From the IMG/VR virus record IMGVR_UViG_3300043015_002666, positions 1 through 64,000 of that record: a stretch of DNA of 64,000 bases, one strand, 5' to 3'. Position 1 is the first letter of the stretch, and each line of letters starts with the position of its first letter. The DNA is from a virus. Made by a program: the position numbers and the translations under genes. The notes below the pieces were generated by a model. It was not told the origin of the DNA, did no database searches, and saw nothing but the letters and a program-made list of their open reading frames with translations. Shown piece by piece: positions 26,606-36,100 of the stretch.

Positions 26606-27145
26606 TTAAATACAGTTCAGTAACGCGGGATACTGCAATCCGATTGGAGCGAACGGTATGTCATCGTCAAAATCCATCGGCGGCTCGTTATATTGCTGTT
26701 GAGGCTGCTGTTGTGGCTGTTGGTGCTGGCCCTGTTGGCGCTGTTGACCTTGGCCTTGGCCTTGTTGGCTCGGTTGCTGGCCATTGCCTTGAGCACGACC
26801 ACCCAACATCTGCATAACGCCATTAAAGCCCGACACTACCACTTCAGTGGAATAGCGATCCTGACCGTTTTGGTCTTTCCATTTGCGTGTCTTAAGTTGA
26901 CCTTCGATGTACACCTGCGAACCTTTATGCAGGTACTCACCGGCAATCTCTGCCAACTTGCCGTTAACTACGACTTGGTGCCATTCGGTTTTCTCGCGCT
27001 GTTCGCCGGTGGCTTTGTCGCGCCATGACTCGCTAGTTGCCACCGTGAACTTGGCCCACGCTTGATTTTTGTGGTAGCGAACTTCAGGCGCGGAACCTAA
27101 GTTCCCCACCAGAATCACTTTGTTCACCGAACCTCTGGATGCCAT
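26606..27145 (-). CDS. ssb: single-stranded DNA-binding protein
   Basis: OB-fold N-terminus ([11 protein letters not shown]...EWHQVVV), a Gln/Gly-rich linker, and the acidic tip DFDDDIPF. Confidence 0.95.
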   Translation of the reverse strand: MASRGSVNKVILVGNLGSAPEVRYHKNQAWAKFTVATSESWRDKATGEQREKTEWHQVVVNGKLAEIAGEYLHKGSQVYIEGQLKTRKWKDQNGQDRYSTEVVVSGFNGVMQMLGGRAQGNGQQPSQQGQGQGQQRQQGQHQQPQQQPQQQYNEPPMDFDDDIPFAPIGLQYPALLNCI

Positions 27146-27447
27146 TACTGGACCTCTTCAATTAATGTGTGCTTGCTTGGAACGTCGTCACCGAAAATCA
27201 GCCATAAAAATGGACGTCCCGTTACTTCAGCAATGGCAAGCAAAGTAAAAATACTCGGCGCGCTTGCGCCATCTTCAATCTTGCTTAACGTCCCACGACT
27301 GACACCGATCTGAGCCGACAATTCCATGATCCGCATTTCCGCCATGATCCGGGCCTTTTTCACTCTTTGGCCCAACTCAAAACGCTGTTCAGTCTTTGAT
27401 TTTTGCGTCACTGTAGAACTCCTGTACGGCTTCAGCGTGCCTTTCAT
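27145..27447 (-). CDS. XRE-family HTH regulator
   Basis: [25 protein letters not shown]. The start is uncertain because the ORF overlaps the upstream gene by 59 nt. Confidence 0.7.
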   Translation of the reverse strand: MKGTLKPYRSSTVTQKSKTEQRFELGQRVKKARIMAEMRIMELSAQIGVSRGTLSKIEDGASAPSIFTLLAIAEVTGRPFLWLIFGDDVPSKHTLIEEVQ

Positions 27448-27811
27448 CGTCAGTTCGCGGATCTTCTAACCGGCGAATTTTCGCCAGTTGGTCGCCAATC
27501 CGTTTCTTTGACCAGTCCATACAAGCCGATTGCCACTTAATAACGGCCACTGGATTGCTCAAATCAAACCCGGTACCGAAACACGACGCGCATTCCCATT
27601 GAGAGAAAAGCGACTTCACGTATTTCTTGCCGTCACATGTCGTGCATTTATCTGGCGGATTCGAGATATCGACGCGATCCACGTCTTCCAACTCCATCGA
27701 AACCACTTCAGCTTCTAGGCCCATCGAATCCAGAATGGAGCTGTTATTCTCGTCCCGGTTTTTCTGGCGCTGCACTAAAGCGGCGGCTTTGATGGAGGTG
27801 TTCTCGTCCAT
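27389..27811 (-). CDS. protein with DnaJ-type CxxCxGxG zinc finger
   Basis: CTTCDGKK...CASCFGTG. First gene of the leftward early operon. Confidence 0.7.
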   Translation of the reverse strand: MDENTSIKAAALVQRQKNRDENNSSILDSMGLEAEVVSMELEDVDRVDISNPPDKCTTCDGKKYVKSLFSQWECASCFGTGFDLSNPVAVIKWQSACMDWSKKRIGDQLAKIRRLEDPRTDDERHAEAVQEFYSDAKIKD

Positions 27812-27819
27812 TATGCCAA

Positions 27820-27867
27820 ATTCCTAATAAAAAGTGATATGAGCATAATAAATTATTTGTTAGGAAT
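27820..27867. promoter_or_regulatory. inverted pair of operator-like motifs in a divergent control region
   Basis: ATTCCTAATAAAAAGT (27820-35) faces ATTCCTAACAAATAAT on the other strand (27852-67). The left copy also covers the AGGA Shine-Dalgarno of the 27811 gene. Confidence 0.5.
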
Positions 27868-27959
27868 AGAAAACCCTTGAAGTGTGATAAAAAATTAAAT
27901 ATTCTCATCACTCAAGCAAACGAGCTTCATACACACCAACGAGCATAAGAGAGAAAATT

Positions 27960-28199
27960 ATGACTACACAAGTTAATGAGAGCAAAGCGAAACATGACGC
28001 GATTCAACGTGAAATTGCAGCATTTGAGCAAGGAAAAGCCACAATGATTGATTTGATGGTCCACAACACGGTAGCACTAGGGACCACCAGCATTGAGCGA
28101 GTAGCGGCTAAATTACGCATTCCTAAAGATAAGTTAATTAACTCTTTAACGGCTGGACTATTTAGGATTTCTGGTGATAACATCGCTAACAAGGTATAA
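27960..28199 (+). CDS. small putative DNA-binding protein
   Basis: 79 aa with an HTH-like TSIERVAAKLRIPKDKLINSL. Divergent from the early operon. Confidence 0.6.
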   Translation: MTTQVNESKAKHDAIQREIAAFEQGKATMIDLMVHNTVALGTTSIERVAAKLRIPKDKLINSLTAGLFRISGDNIANKV

Positions 28200-28227
28200 G
28201 AGTGACGTGACTACTTACTCTCCAAAG

Positions 28228-28257
28228 GGCGCTAATTTCGGTTAGCGCCTTTTTTTT
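28228..28257 (+). terminator. rho-independent terminator
   Basis: GGCGCTAA-TTTCGG-TTAGCGCC followed by T8. Confidence 0.7.
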
Positions 28258-28259
28258 GC

Positions 28260-28448
28260 CTATAGATTTAACTCAGCGAGCTTTTTGATAAACTCGGCCT
28301 TCAATTCCTCTGGCATATCTCCGACACGCTTATCAAGAAGCTCCACCAGCAATTGCAATTTCAGCTCGGCCTCATCGCGTTGCGCTAAAACAGTCTTGTA
28401 GCAGTTCTCTAGCTGTTCGTATTTCAAATTAAGCCTCCCATAGCTCAT
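28260..28448 (-). CDS. small coiled-coil protein
   Basis: 62 aa from the internal ATG (MSYGRLNLKYEQ...). The longer 118-aa ORF-track version overlaps the upstream gene extensively. Confidence 0.5.
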   Translation of the reverse strand: MSYGRLNLKYEQLENCYKTVLAQRDEAELKLQLLVELLDKRVGDMPEELKAEFIKKLAELNL

Positions 28449-29481
28449 GATGAATCCAACGAATCTGCACGCGGTTCGCTGTATCGCGGTAATACTCTGC
28501 ACGGCCTTCAGTAACATTTTGGTCTGTAGGCATGGTTTCGTGATAGTGACGCAGGTGCAATCGGCCATTGTTATCGTAGATTGGGATCTCAATGCCCTTC
28601 TCGATGTTGTCTGCACTTAGCTCTAGGGCTTGCTGGTTGGCTTGCTGCATAGCCTCGTTAGCCGATCCACCAAATACACGCTGTTCTAGCTTAGCAATGC
28701 GCTTGGTTTCGCTATGGGCCTTAGCAATGACGCTGTTGAGGTATCGTTTGAATGATTTAGCCAGTTCAAAACCGTGCTTGGCATGAATGGCGATCAGCTT
28801 TTTAGCACCACTGGCGGTAATGAGTCCTTTGCGTGCTGATTGCTGAAGTGTTTTAGCGTCGTTTGCATCCTGTTTGAAATGTTTCACATAGAAAGAATCG
28901 GATGGCGTGCCATTATATTTATTTTCTTCTCTCTCTAGAGAGATCTTTGATCTTTCAAGTCGGCAATCTGGTTTAGATTCAGGTTGTTGTGAGCCCTTGT
29001 GAGCACTGGACTCAGGCGAGTCATCCAGATCAGACCGACCAATTGGCAATGTATGCCTTGTATGATGCTTCATGGCGTAACCAGCGGCGTAGTTAAACAC
29101 ACCGGGGAAGACAGATTGCACGCCATCGAGCACGATAGATACTAGGCGTCGTGTTTGGCCGGTTTCATGGTTGTGGTGATAGTTACGCGAGATAAGGCCC
29201 AACTGCTCAGCGGCTTTAAATCGGTTAGTTAGGGTTCGTTCGCTGATCGGTTTTGTGTTGTAGCTGGTGGATGCCTTGTTGTACATCGAAAGCAGACGAC
29301 CAGTGAAGGCAAAGCACGCGTTACCGTGTTGTAGGATGTGTTCTGAGATAACCTGCATTAAGCACGCGAGCTGGCGCATCTTTTCAGATTGATTGGCTGA
29401 AATGTTTCTAGCTTGGGTTTTAAACCCGGACTTTAGGTAGCGCGGATTCAGTTCCAGCGCATTTTTTAAGCAAATTTCCAT
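28429..29481 (-). CDS. putative replication-initiator-like DNA-binding protein
   Basis: 350-aa ORF with a winged-helix-like segment (ERTLTNRFKAAEQLGLISRNY). It is adjacent to the GATC cluster and DnaA box. The functional call is weak. Confidence 0.5.
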   Translation of the reverse strand: MEICLKNALELNPRYLKSGFKTQARNISANQSEKMRQLACLMQVISEHILQHGNACFAFTGRLLSMYNKASTSYNTKPISERTLTNRFKAAEQLGLISRNYHHNHETGQTRRLVSIVLDGVQSVFPGVFNYAAGYAMKHHTRHTLPIGRSDLDDSPESSAHKGSQQPESKPDCRLERSKISLEREENKYNGTPSDSFYVKHFKQDANDAKTLQQSARKGLITASGAKKLIAIHAKHGFELAKSFKRYLNSVIAKAHSETKRIAKLEQRVFGGSANEAMQQANQQALELSADNIEKGIEIPIYDNNGRLHLRHYHETMPTDQNVTEGRAEYYRDTANRVQIRWIHHELWEA

Positions 29482-29499
29482 GGATTAATCCATACAAAG

Positions 29500-29529
29500 T
29501 TTGCACCAGTGATCTAGCGTTGCTATAAT
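29500..29529 (+). promoter_or_regulatory. sigma70-type promoter with extended -10
   Basis: TTGCAC (29501-06), a 17-nt spacer, then TGCTATAAT (29521-29). Confidence 0.55.
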
Positions 29530-29535
29530 CACCAA

Positions 29536-29634
29536 TGCAAATATCCAAGGCACTACCAATGCCGACACGAACAAGGAGTTGGCGCTCACTTGTTCACTCT
29601 TTTTGAAAAGACCCGCTTGCAGGCGGGTTTTTTT
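29536..29634 (+). ncRNA. candidate ~100-nt small RNA or attenuated leader
   Basis: It runs from the promoter above to an intrinsic terminator: ACCCGC-TTGCAG-GCGGGT plus T7 at 29611-29634. There is an internal 7-bp hairpin GAACAAG...CTTGTTC and no plausible ORF. Confidence 0.45.
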
Positions 29635-29731
29635 CTATCTGCTACTTTAGATCCAATTCCCGATAAGATCCACAGCGGCGGCTATTATGGATCAGCAAAA
29701 TAGATACTTCAACCTGATCTTACAGACAGTT

Positions 29732-29747
29732 ATTCCTAACAAAAAAC
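29732..29747 (+). promoter_or_regulatory. copy of the dispersed operator-like motif (ATTCCTAACAAAAAAC)
   Basis: ATTCCTAA at 29732-29739. Confidence 0.5.
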
Positions 29748-29797
29748 TCTTTTTCCTTCCCTTTATTTCGTCTAAGCTTGTTTTTTTAGCCTCCTGA

Positions 29798-29813
29798 ATT
29801 CCTAATAACTTTT
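29798..29813 (+). promoter_or_regulatory. copy of the dispersed operator-like motif (ATTCCTAATAACTTTT)
   Basis: ATTCCTAA at 29798-29805, abutting the DnaA box. Confidence 0.5.
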
Positions 29814-29833
29814 GTGGATAAGTCTGTTAAAAC

Positions 29834-30181
29834 ATGAATACGACCGAGAACCTAATCAAACAAATCGAAGAGCAAACAAGCGCGCTACAGCGGGACATGA
29901 AGCGCAAACAGATGCCAAAAAAACATGCGCCAAAGCTCGAAAAATCGCTGTTAATAACTTTGTCTGGCTGCGCCTTTAACGTGCATAAACAGACAGATAA
30001 CCAGCTTGTTTTGATTGCCAATGAGAAAGTGAACTTTGAGAAGGGCGTAAACGCTGTTCGAGTGATTAGCTACATCGAAGGCACTTATGACGAAGTGACC
30101 ATTTCTGACTGGAACTGGCGTCCAGTTCGATGGAAGAAAGACAAGTTATTCCTAAAACCGATTGCGCCGACACTAATGTAA
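29834..30181 (+). CDS. hypothetical protein
   Basis: 115-aa ORF with a weak Shine-Dalgarno. Confidence 0.55.
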   Translation: MNTTENLIKQIEEQTSALQRDMKRKQMPKKHAPKLEKSLLITLSGCAFNVHKQTDNQLVLIANEKVNFEKGVNAVRVISYIEGTYDEVTISDWNWRPVRWKKDKLFLKPIAPTLM

Positions 30182-30207
30182 AAAAAATGGGAGCATTGCG
30201 CTCCCAT
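30180..30207 (-). terminator. rho-independent terminator of the portal operon
   Basis: Minus strand ATGGGAGC-GCAAT-GCTCCCAT followed by T7. Confidence 0.65.
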
Positions 30208-30266
30208 CCCAATAACTAAGTAAATCTAATCGCCTTAGTCACTATAAAAAGATCCTTTTTTGTGAC

Positions 30267-31226
30267 TTAGGAGAAGCGGCGTTGCTGCTCAAAGCTCACT
30301 TCACCTTCCATTTTCTTACCACCTAACGCACCCACCGTGACCGTCGCTGGCTGGTAATTTTTGGTTGGTAAATCACTTAATGGCTTAGCGCCCATGGACT
30401 CAAACATCGCGTTAACGACGTCAATGTCATGCTGGCTATTCATGCTTGAAAGGGCGTTTTTCTGCTCTTCACTCATGTAGAACGGCAATTTATTTAGTGA
30501 CTCAAGCAACATTTCTCGAAATTTTGTCTCGTCATTGAGCTTAGATTGCAATTCCATGTTCACGCCTTCCAGATACATCTTATCGCCTTCCAGCTCGGTA
30601 ATGATTTCTGGCGCGATACCAACCGGCTTGTTGAACGAATCCACGATATTGGCCGCGCTGTTTGTGTCGAATCCACCAATGCTTTGCAGTGACTCTAAGA
30701 GCATTTCATCACGCTGATCGGCACTTTCCAGCATCATAGCGGGATGGTCCAGAGACAGGTAGTTAGGGTTTAGCACGTAATCCACGCCGTGGAAGGACGT
30801 TGCAATGGCATTGCTGGCACTGTCACGGCCACCAGTCGCCCACGACCAACCACCAGCCTTACTGCCATGCAGTGACTTAGCTATACGGCCCGTTTCCGTA
30901 TCCAGAAACTCTTCAGTATGCGACACCACGCCATCATCGCTACAGGCAATAGATACCGTGCGGTTTGATGGCACGTTTTCTACTATGACCGGCTTACCAC
31001 CAATGTTAATCACTTCCGTTTCACCGAGCGTGAGCTTACCGGCACGCTGGCGCGGTTGATGGCCGTAATAACCGTAGGCTTCACCCAGACGTAGTGCCTC
31101 TTGCACCGCTTCAGAGGCGAAAAGTTGCTGTACTGCCTGAACGGCATAACGACGTTTGTTAGCACCAATGGCGCGACCGTGATTAAACAGACTAAAACGG
31201 TCGCTTACTTGTTCCAATGCTTTCAT
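30267..31226 (-). CDS. putative prohead protease/scaffold protein
   Basis: 319 aa directly downstream of the portal-like gene, with a helical acidic C-terminal half. The call rests on position, as in portal-protease pairs such as P1 prt-pro. Confidence 0.45.
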   Translation of the reverse strand: MKALEQVSDRFSLFNHGRAIGANKRRYAVQAVQQLFASEAVQEALRLGEAYGYYGHQPRQRAGKLTLGETEVINIGGKPVIVENVPSNRTVSIACSDDGVVSHTEEFLDTETGRIAKSLHGSKAGGWSWATGGRDSASNAIATSFHGVDYVLNPNYLSLDHPAMMLESADQRDEMLLESLQSIGGFDTNSAANIVDSFNKPVGIAPEIITELEGDKMYLEGVNMELQSKLNDETKFREMLLESLNKLPFYMSEEQKNALSSMNSQHDIDVVNAMFESMGAKPLSDLPTKNYQPATVTVGALGGKKMEGEVSFEQQRRFS

Positions 31227-31235
31227 AAAAACTCC

Positions 31236-32891
31236 TTACATATTGGAAATAAAATCAAGAACGACGTTTTTAATCATTCGTTCTATATCATCACTTGGTG
31301 TTAGGCCCGCAGACTCCAAAAGCTGATCGTCGGACTTAACCTTTTTCGCCAGTTCGCTAATGAACACTTTGGATTTTTCCGCGTCGAACTTGAGCACGGA
31401 CGTATAGAAATGACTCTTCAGTGACGGACTTTGAGTAATAGCGGATTGCTCAATCATATCGAGCACGGTTGCAAGCGTTGTCGCGTAGTTGGCCGCGCTT
31501 TCATTGGCTTGGGCTTCTTCCAGTGCAAGCGCCGTATTCACCGAATGGAATTTCAGACGGTACGGACGATTCGCATCGGTCCAGACCTTGCCGTCTTTGT
31601 AGATGGTGTGAATATCAATCGAACGATGGACCGCATCACTCATTGCAGAGCGGATTAAATTGGCGATTAGTGCCGCTTGAATTGACGTTCTGAAGTAACC
31701 GCCCTCACCCAAGCCACCAGCAAGCAAGTCACCAAAACCAAGCATTGACGGATCAACACCTAGTGTCCCGGCCATGCGCTTGAGTTGAAACATAATGTCT
31801 TCAATGTGCGCAATGTTCGGATCAATGCTGAACGTATCAATGTTCAAACCACCTTTGCCCGGTGAAAGTGACGGCAAGATACGGTTAATCACCGTAGGGA
31901 TAACGCCCGACTTATTCGCATGCTTAACAATGTTGTCCCGGTCCTTTTGGAACTGCTGCGCAATGCCGTTGATGTATTCCGCAGCACGGCCAGAGTCGAG
32001 CCCTTCCATTTCCGCTGTAATGATGCGATCAATCATGGCTGCATTCACACGGCTAGCAGAGAGCGAGCGGATAGACTGCCTTAGCAGCGTCCACGACTCA
32101 TAAGCCGACTCTAGAATGCTGGTACCGTAGTTTTGGGTTTCCATCGGTGTACGCGTGTACGCGTCGGAGTAAAGCGAGTATTTCTCACCGCCATAGTTCA
32201 CCGGTTCTTCGTACAAATCCGGTGTGTGCAATGGCATTTTCATTGATACCAGTGACCACGGCTCAGCAAGGCGAACCTGTGCGCCGTCTTGGTGTTCTTT
32301 CAGGTTTTCGGATGTGAACCCGGCGAGCTGGCCTGAACGTTCATATTCTCGGATCTGGCGAGGCATCGTGTAGTAGTTGCACTCAAAGTGCGTAATACCT
32401 TTACCCGGTTCAGCATACGGGCGGAAGTACCCCACACCGTAGATCGCCATGATTCGACCCCAGTTGAACGCGTTACGTGCGATTGGAGTCACAACTTCAC
32501 GTTCTAACTGCTTTACGTACTCTGTATCTTTTTCGTCAATGGGCTCTAGGTACATACACATATCGCCATCGGTTGGCGTAGATAGTGCGTAGGACAAATG
32601 CAGATTTAGCGCAGCACTGATCGTACTGTCTTGGGCCATTTCTTGGAGAATGTCGTATTTAGCAAAGCGGTCCTTTGGCATACGCATGATCGCAACGTTG
32701 TCACCATCCTTGCCGCCAGTCGTGGTCAGTGGGGATTGGTTAGGCGTTTTGTCATGTTCAGTAAAAGCCGTTGCGCTATACCCGGCACCGGACTCAAAAG
32801 AGATCCCGGCGTCCGCGTTATCTTCCTCATTGAAGAAAGGAAACGCTATTTTCATTAGGTTTTTTAGCGAACCATCGCCATTTTGTGCCAT
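31236..32891 (-). CDS. putative portal protein
   Basis: 551 aa. Size and position (head module beside the DarB-like gene) fit a portal. No diagnostic motif could be verified by eye. Confidence 0.5.
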   Translation of the reverse strand: MAQNGDGSLKNLMKIAFPFFNEEDNADAGISFESGAGYSATAFTEHDKTPNQSPLTTTGGKDGDNVAIMRMPKDRFAKYDILQEMAQDSTISAALNLHLSYALSTPTDGDMCMYLEPIDEKDTEYVKQLEREVVTPIARNAFNWGRIMAIYGVGYFRPYAEPGKGITHFECNYYTMPRQIREYERSGQLAGFTSENLKEHQDGAQVRLAEPWSLVSMKMPLHTPDLYEEPVNYGGEKYSLYSDAYTRTPMETQNYGTSILESAYESWTLLRQSIRSLSASRVNAAMIDRIITAEMEGLDSGRAAEYINGIAQQFQKDRDNIVKHANKSGVIPTVINRILPSLSPGKGGLNIDTFSIDPNIAHIEDIMFQLKRMAGTLGVDPSMLGFGDLLAGGLGEGGYFRTSIQAALIANLIRSAMSDAVHRSIDIHTIYKDGKVWTDANRPYRLKFHSVNTALALEEAQANESAANYATTLATVLDMIEQSAITQSPSLKSHFYTSVLKFDAEKSKVFISELAKKVKSDDQLLESAGLTPSDDIERMIKNVVLDFISNM

Positions 32892-33045
32892 CGTGCGACC
32901 TCAGTTAAAGGAACGCGCTTTTCATTGAGCGGGGAGCTTGAAAAGTGTGGTTATAAAATAACTTAGTATCAACTCAAATCCCACACGGCCATTTTTTAAT
33001 AAGCCGTTACATGCAGTTTTGCTCACAAATTAACGTTGCTCAGCA

Positions 33046-33079
33046 AAAAGTTGTTAGGAATAATGCTCGTGTCTATAAA
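33046..33079 (+). promoter_or_regulatory. sigma70-like promoter overlapped by an operator-like motif
   Basis: -35 TTGTTA (33051-56), a 17-nt spacer, -10 TATAAA (33074-79). The motif ATTCCTAACAACTTTT on the minus strand spans 33046-33061. Confidence 0.5.
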
Positions 33080-33154
33080 AGATTCCGAGTTGTAACGAGT
33101 ACCTACTCTTTAATTTAACTAGAGCGTTTTTTTTAGGCGGGGAGCAATAGAAAA

Positions 33155-33183
33155 AGTCGGGCCAAGTGCTCGGCTTTTTTTTT
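33155..33183 (+). terminator. terminator-like hairpin in the leader of the 2219-aa gene
   Basis: AGTCGGGC-CAAGT-GCTCGGCT, 8 bp with two G-U pairs, then T9. It ends 16 nt before the ATG at 33200. Confidence 0.45.
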
Positions 33184-33199
33184 AACTGAGGAAAATTCT

Positions 33200-36100
33200 A
33201 TGTTAGAAAAACTCAGATCGGCAGTGCTCGCAGTAAATAGTCATAGTGAGCTGCTATCGGTCTTTAACACCTACTCCATATCCATCACACCCACCAGCAC
33301 CAAATCAGCCAATGCTCGCGTGAGAGCCAACGAATTAGCGCAGTCTATTCTCAAGCGCGTTAATGGCGACTTCAGCCAAATCACCGACGAAGAACGCGAA
33401 CAACTCCGAGATTACACCGGTTGGGGCGGCATTGGGGGCTCAACCAATGAGTACTACACGCCTAAATGGGTAGCTAGTGCCGTATGGGATGCCATGTCCG
33501 CGTATGGCTTTACTGGCGGCTCAATCCTTGAACCGGCTTCAGGCGTGGGCGTATTCAGCGAAACCAAACCAAATAACGCGTTAATGACCTCGGTCGAGAT
33601 GGACCCGACCAGCTCAGCCATTAACCAGATTTTACACCCGGAAGACAACGTGATCTCTAGTGGCTTTGAGGCCATCGCCATGGACCCGAACGTCGGAGGT
33701 TTTGACGTTGTAACCGGCAACCCGCCATACGGCGATCGTTCAAGCACTATTGCTCAAGATGGCGAATACAAGGACATTAAGAAGAATGAGCAATACTTTG
33801 TACTCCGTTCTATCGACAAGGCTAAACCCGGTGGCCTGATCGCCCTAGTCCTTCCAACTCAAATTTGTGATAGCAGCAAACTGAAGAAATTCCGCACGCG
33901 TACAGCCATGAAAGCGGAGTTCTTAGGTGCGCACCGTCTGCCTTCTGGTGTATTTGATGGCTCAAGCGTAGTGACTGATCTTGTTATCTGGCGCAAACAC
34001 TCTGAAGAGGCCGCAGAGCAGATCGCTAACGCGGACCCGGCAACGCTAACCGAATCTAATGTGCTTTGGTCTGACTGGATCAACGGAAAGTGGTTTGAGC
34101 GTGACGGATTGCGCTTTATCAATGGCTCGCAAACTATCGGTTTCCAAGGCCGCAAGCTGGTGGACCGTGGCAACCGCTCTAATGAGCAAATTGCTAAGGC
34201 ACTCTCCCACAAGTTTGAATCTCGCATTGAATGGGACCAACTGGATACCGTGGAACCTATTAGCGAGCAATACAGCGACGGCGATACCATTTTCCATAAC
34301 GGCCAACAAATGGAATACGACGGCGGCCAATGGCACGCTGTACAAGCTACAGAGCAACAAAAGACCCTAGATGGCGCTACGTATGGCATCGAGCATTTAG
34401 ATAGCATAGGCGACGCCACCAGCACGACTAAGGCCATGAGCCAGCTCACCGCAGAGCAAGCTATCTCACTGAATGACGATTACGGCCATCTTTGCCATGG
34501 TGAATTCAAAACCATCGTAGCCAACATCAAAAAGCTTCCACCACGTTCCCGCGAAAAAGCGTACAAAGGGATCTTGCTTGGCAAACAGATTGAGCAGTAT
34601 CAAAACCTGTTAGACTTGAGCCGAACGGATAGCGATATTGCCCTGAATGACGAGGAAGTTGCCACACTACGCAACAAGCTAGCCGCGAAAGTAATGGAAA
34701 TGCACATGAAGCATGGTCGCAACTTACCGACCGGTATCAAGTCTATTGACGACAAACTTGCCGCGCATTGGATGCGTTATCAGGGCGCAGTCAGTAAAGA
34801 CGGTCAATTGTCCGATCTGTTAACCGGCAATCTCGCCGTAGCTCAGTCAGAGCAATACGATATGTCACGCATTGATGATGTATTGCATTACTTTGAGCAT
34901 GACCGAGGTATGGAAACCGTCAGATTGACGGACATTCGTTCTGTGTATCTCAATGAGGCCGCGCAACTGGATGATGATCAGCTGATCAATCACCTTGCCG
35001 GGATGGAAAACGTCGCCGCTAACCGTGACGGCTCTTTCTCACCTATGCGTATCGCCACCAGCGGAAACGTGGCCGGTAAGAAACGCAATCTCACCGAGGC
35101 GATTGCTCACACGGACAACGAGACATTGCGCGCCAACTTCATGAAACAGATCAACACGATTGAGGAAAAGCGCGACGCTATTCCAATCAACCAGATCAAG
35201 ATGAAGTTAACGGATAAATGGATTCCCAAACACATCATGTTGGAATTCCTACAGGACCAAGGTTACACCGAGTTCCAGTTAGGCCGCTTTGTGACGGATG
35301 AGGACGGTTTTGAAGACTTTGTAACGGATGAGCGAGGCACTACGTTTACCGGGTACCGCTGGCGCGATGGCAAAAAGGTCAGCTCGCAAGGTGAAGAGTT
35401 CGAGCGACAAATTGAGTCTTATCTCAATTCTGGCGCAGTTCGTGGCGGCAGTGACAACGAACAAAAAGCGATTGTTCGTGAGCGTATGCGTAATCTGGAC
35501 CGTGACTTTACCAACTGGTGCGCATCGAGCGTGCACGCGGACGAACTTGAAGGCCAGTACAACGATATGTTTAACGGCTGGATTGAGCCAAGTTACGAAG
35601 GCACCGACATTGACCTTGAAGGCGTATCCGGGGCGATTAAGTTCATGCCTTACCAGAATTCTACTATCCGCAAACACGCAGCGGACGGTAACGGCATTCT
35701 GGCGCTAGGTACCGGCTTAGGCAAAACACTGACTGCGCTTGGTTTGGGCCAATACCTTATCCAGACCAACAAAGCGAGCCGCATTGCTTATGTCATGCCT
35801 AAATCGGTCCTTGATAACTGGCTGTTTGAGTCGGATATCTTCTTTGGTGAATCGAATCTAGGCGACAAGGTATTTATTGGTATTGATATCGAGCGCGACG
35901 ACGGCAACATGGTCCGTGAGGTAGCCCTTGATGAAGATGGCAAGCCTCGCACTGACGCCAACGGCAACGCCATTAAACGACCAAAAGTGAAGGTGAACAC
36001 CAACGGCAAGAAGATTGCTGAACAACTTCACAACCTCGCGCAGAGCTCCGCAAAAATGGTCTTCATGACCAAGGACGTTTACAACTCTATCCCGCTCAAA

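Larger units (their letters stand above)
29650..29821. promoter_or_regulatory. origin-like region: GATC cluster plus DnaA box
   Basis: GATC at 29650, 29667, 29690 and 29716, i.e. 4 in 70 bp. A perfect DnaA box TGTGGATAA is at 29813-29821. Confidence 0.35.

Noticed and set aside
29579-29650. A tiny hydrophobic ORF (about 23 codons from TTG) inside the candidate small RNA, which could be a type I toxin.
   Set aside because: The AAGGAG abuts the TTG with no spacing, and the ORF reads through the terminator. It is unlikely to be translated.
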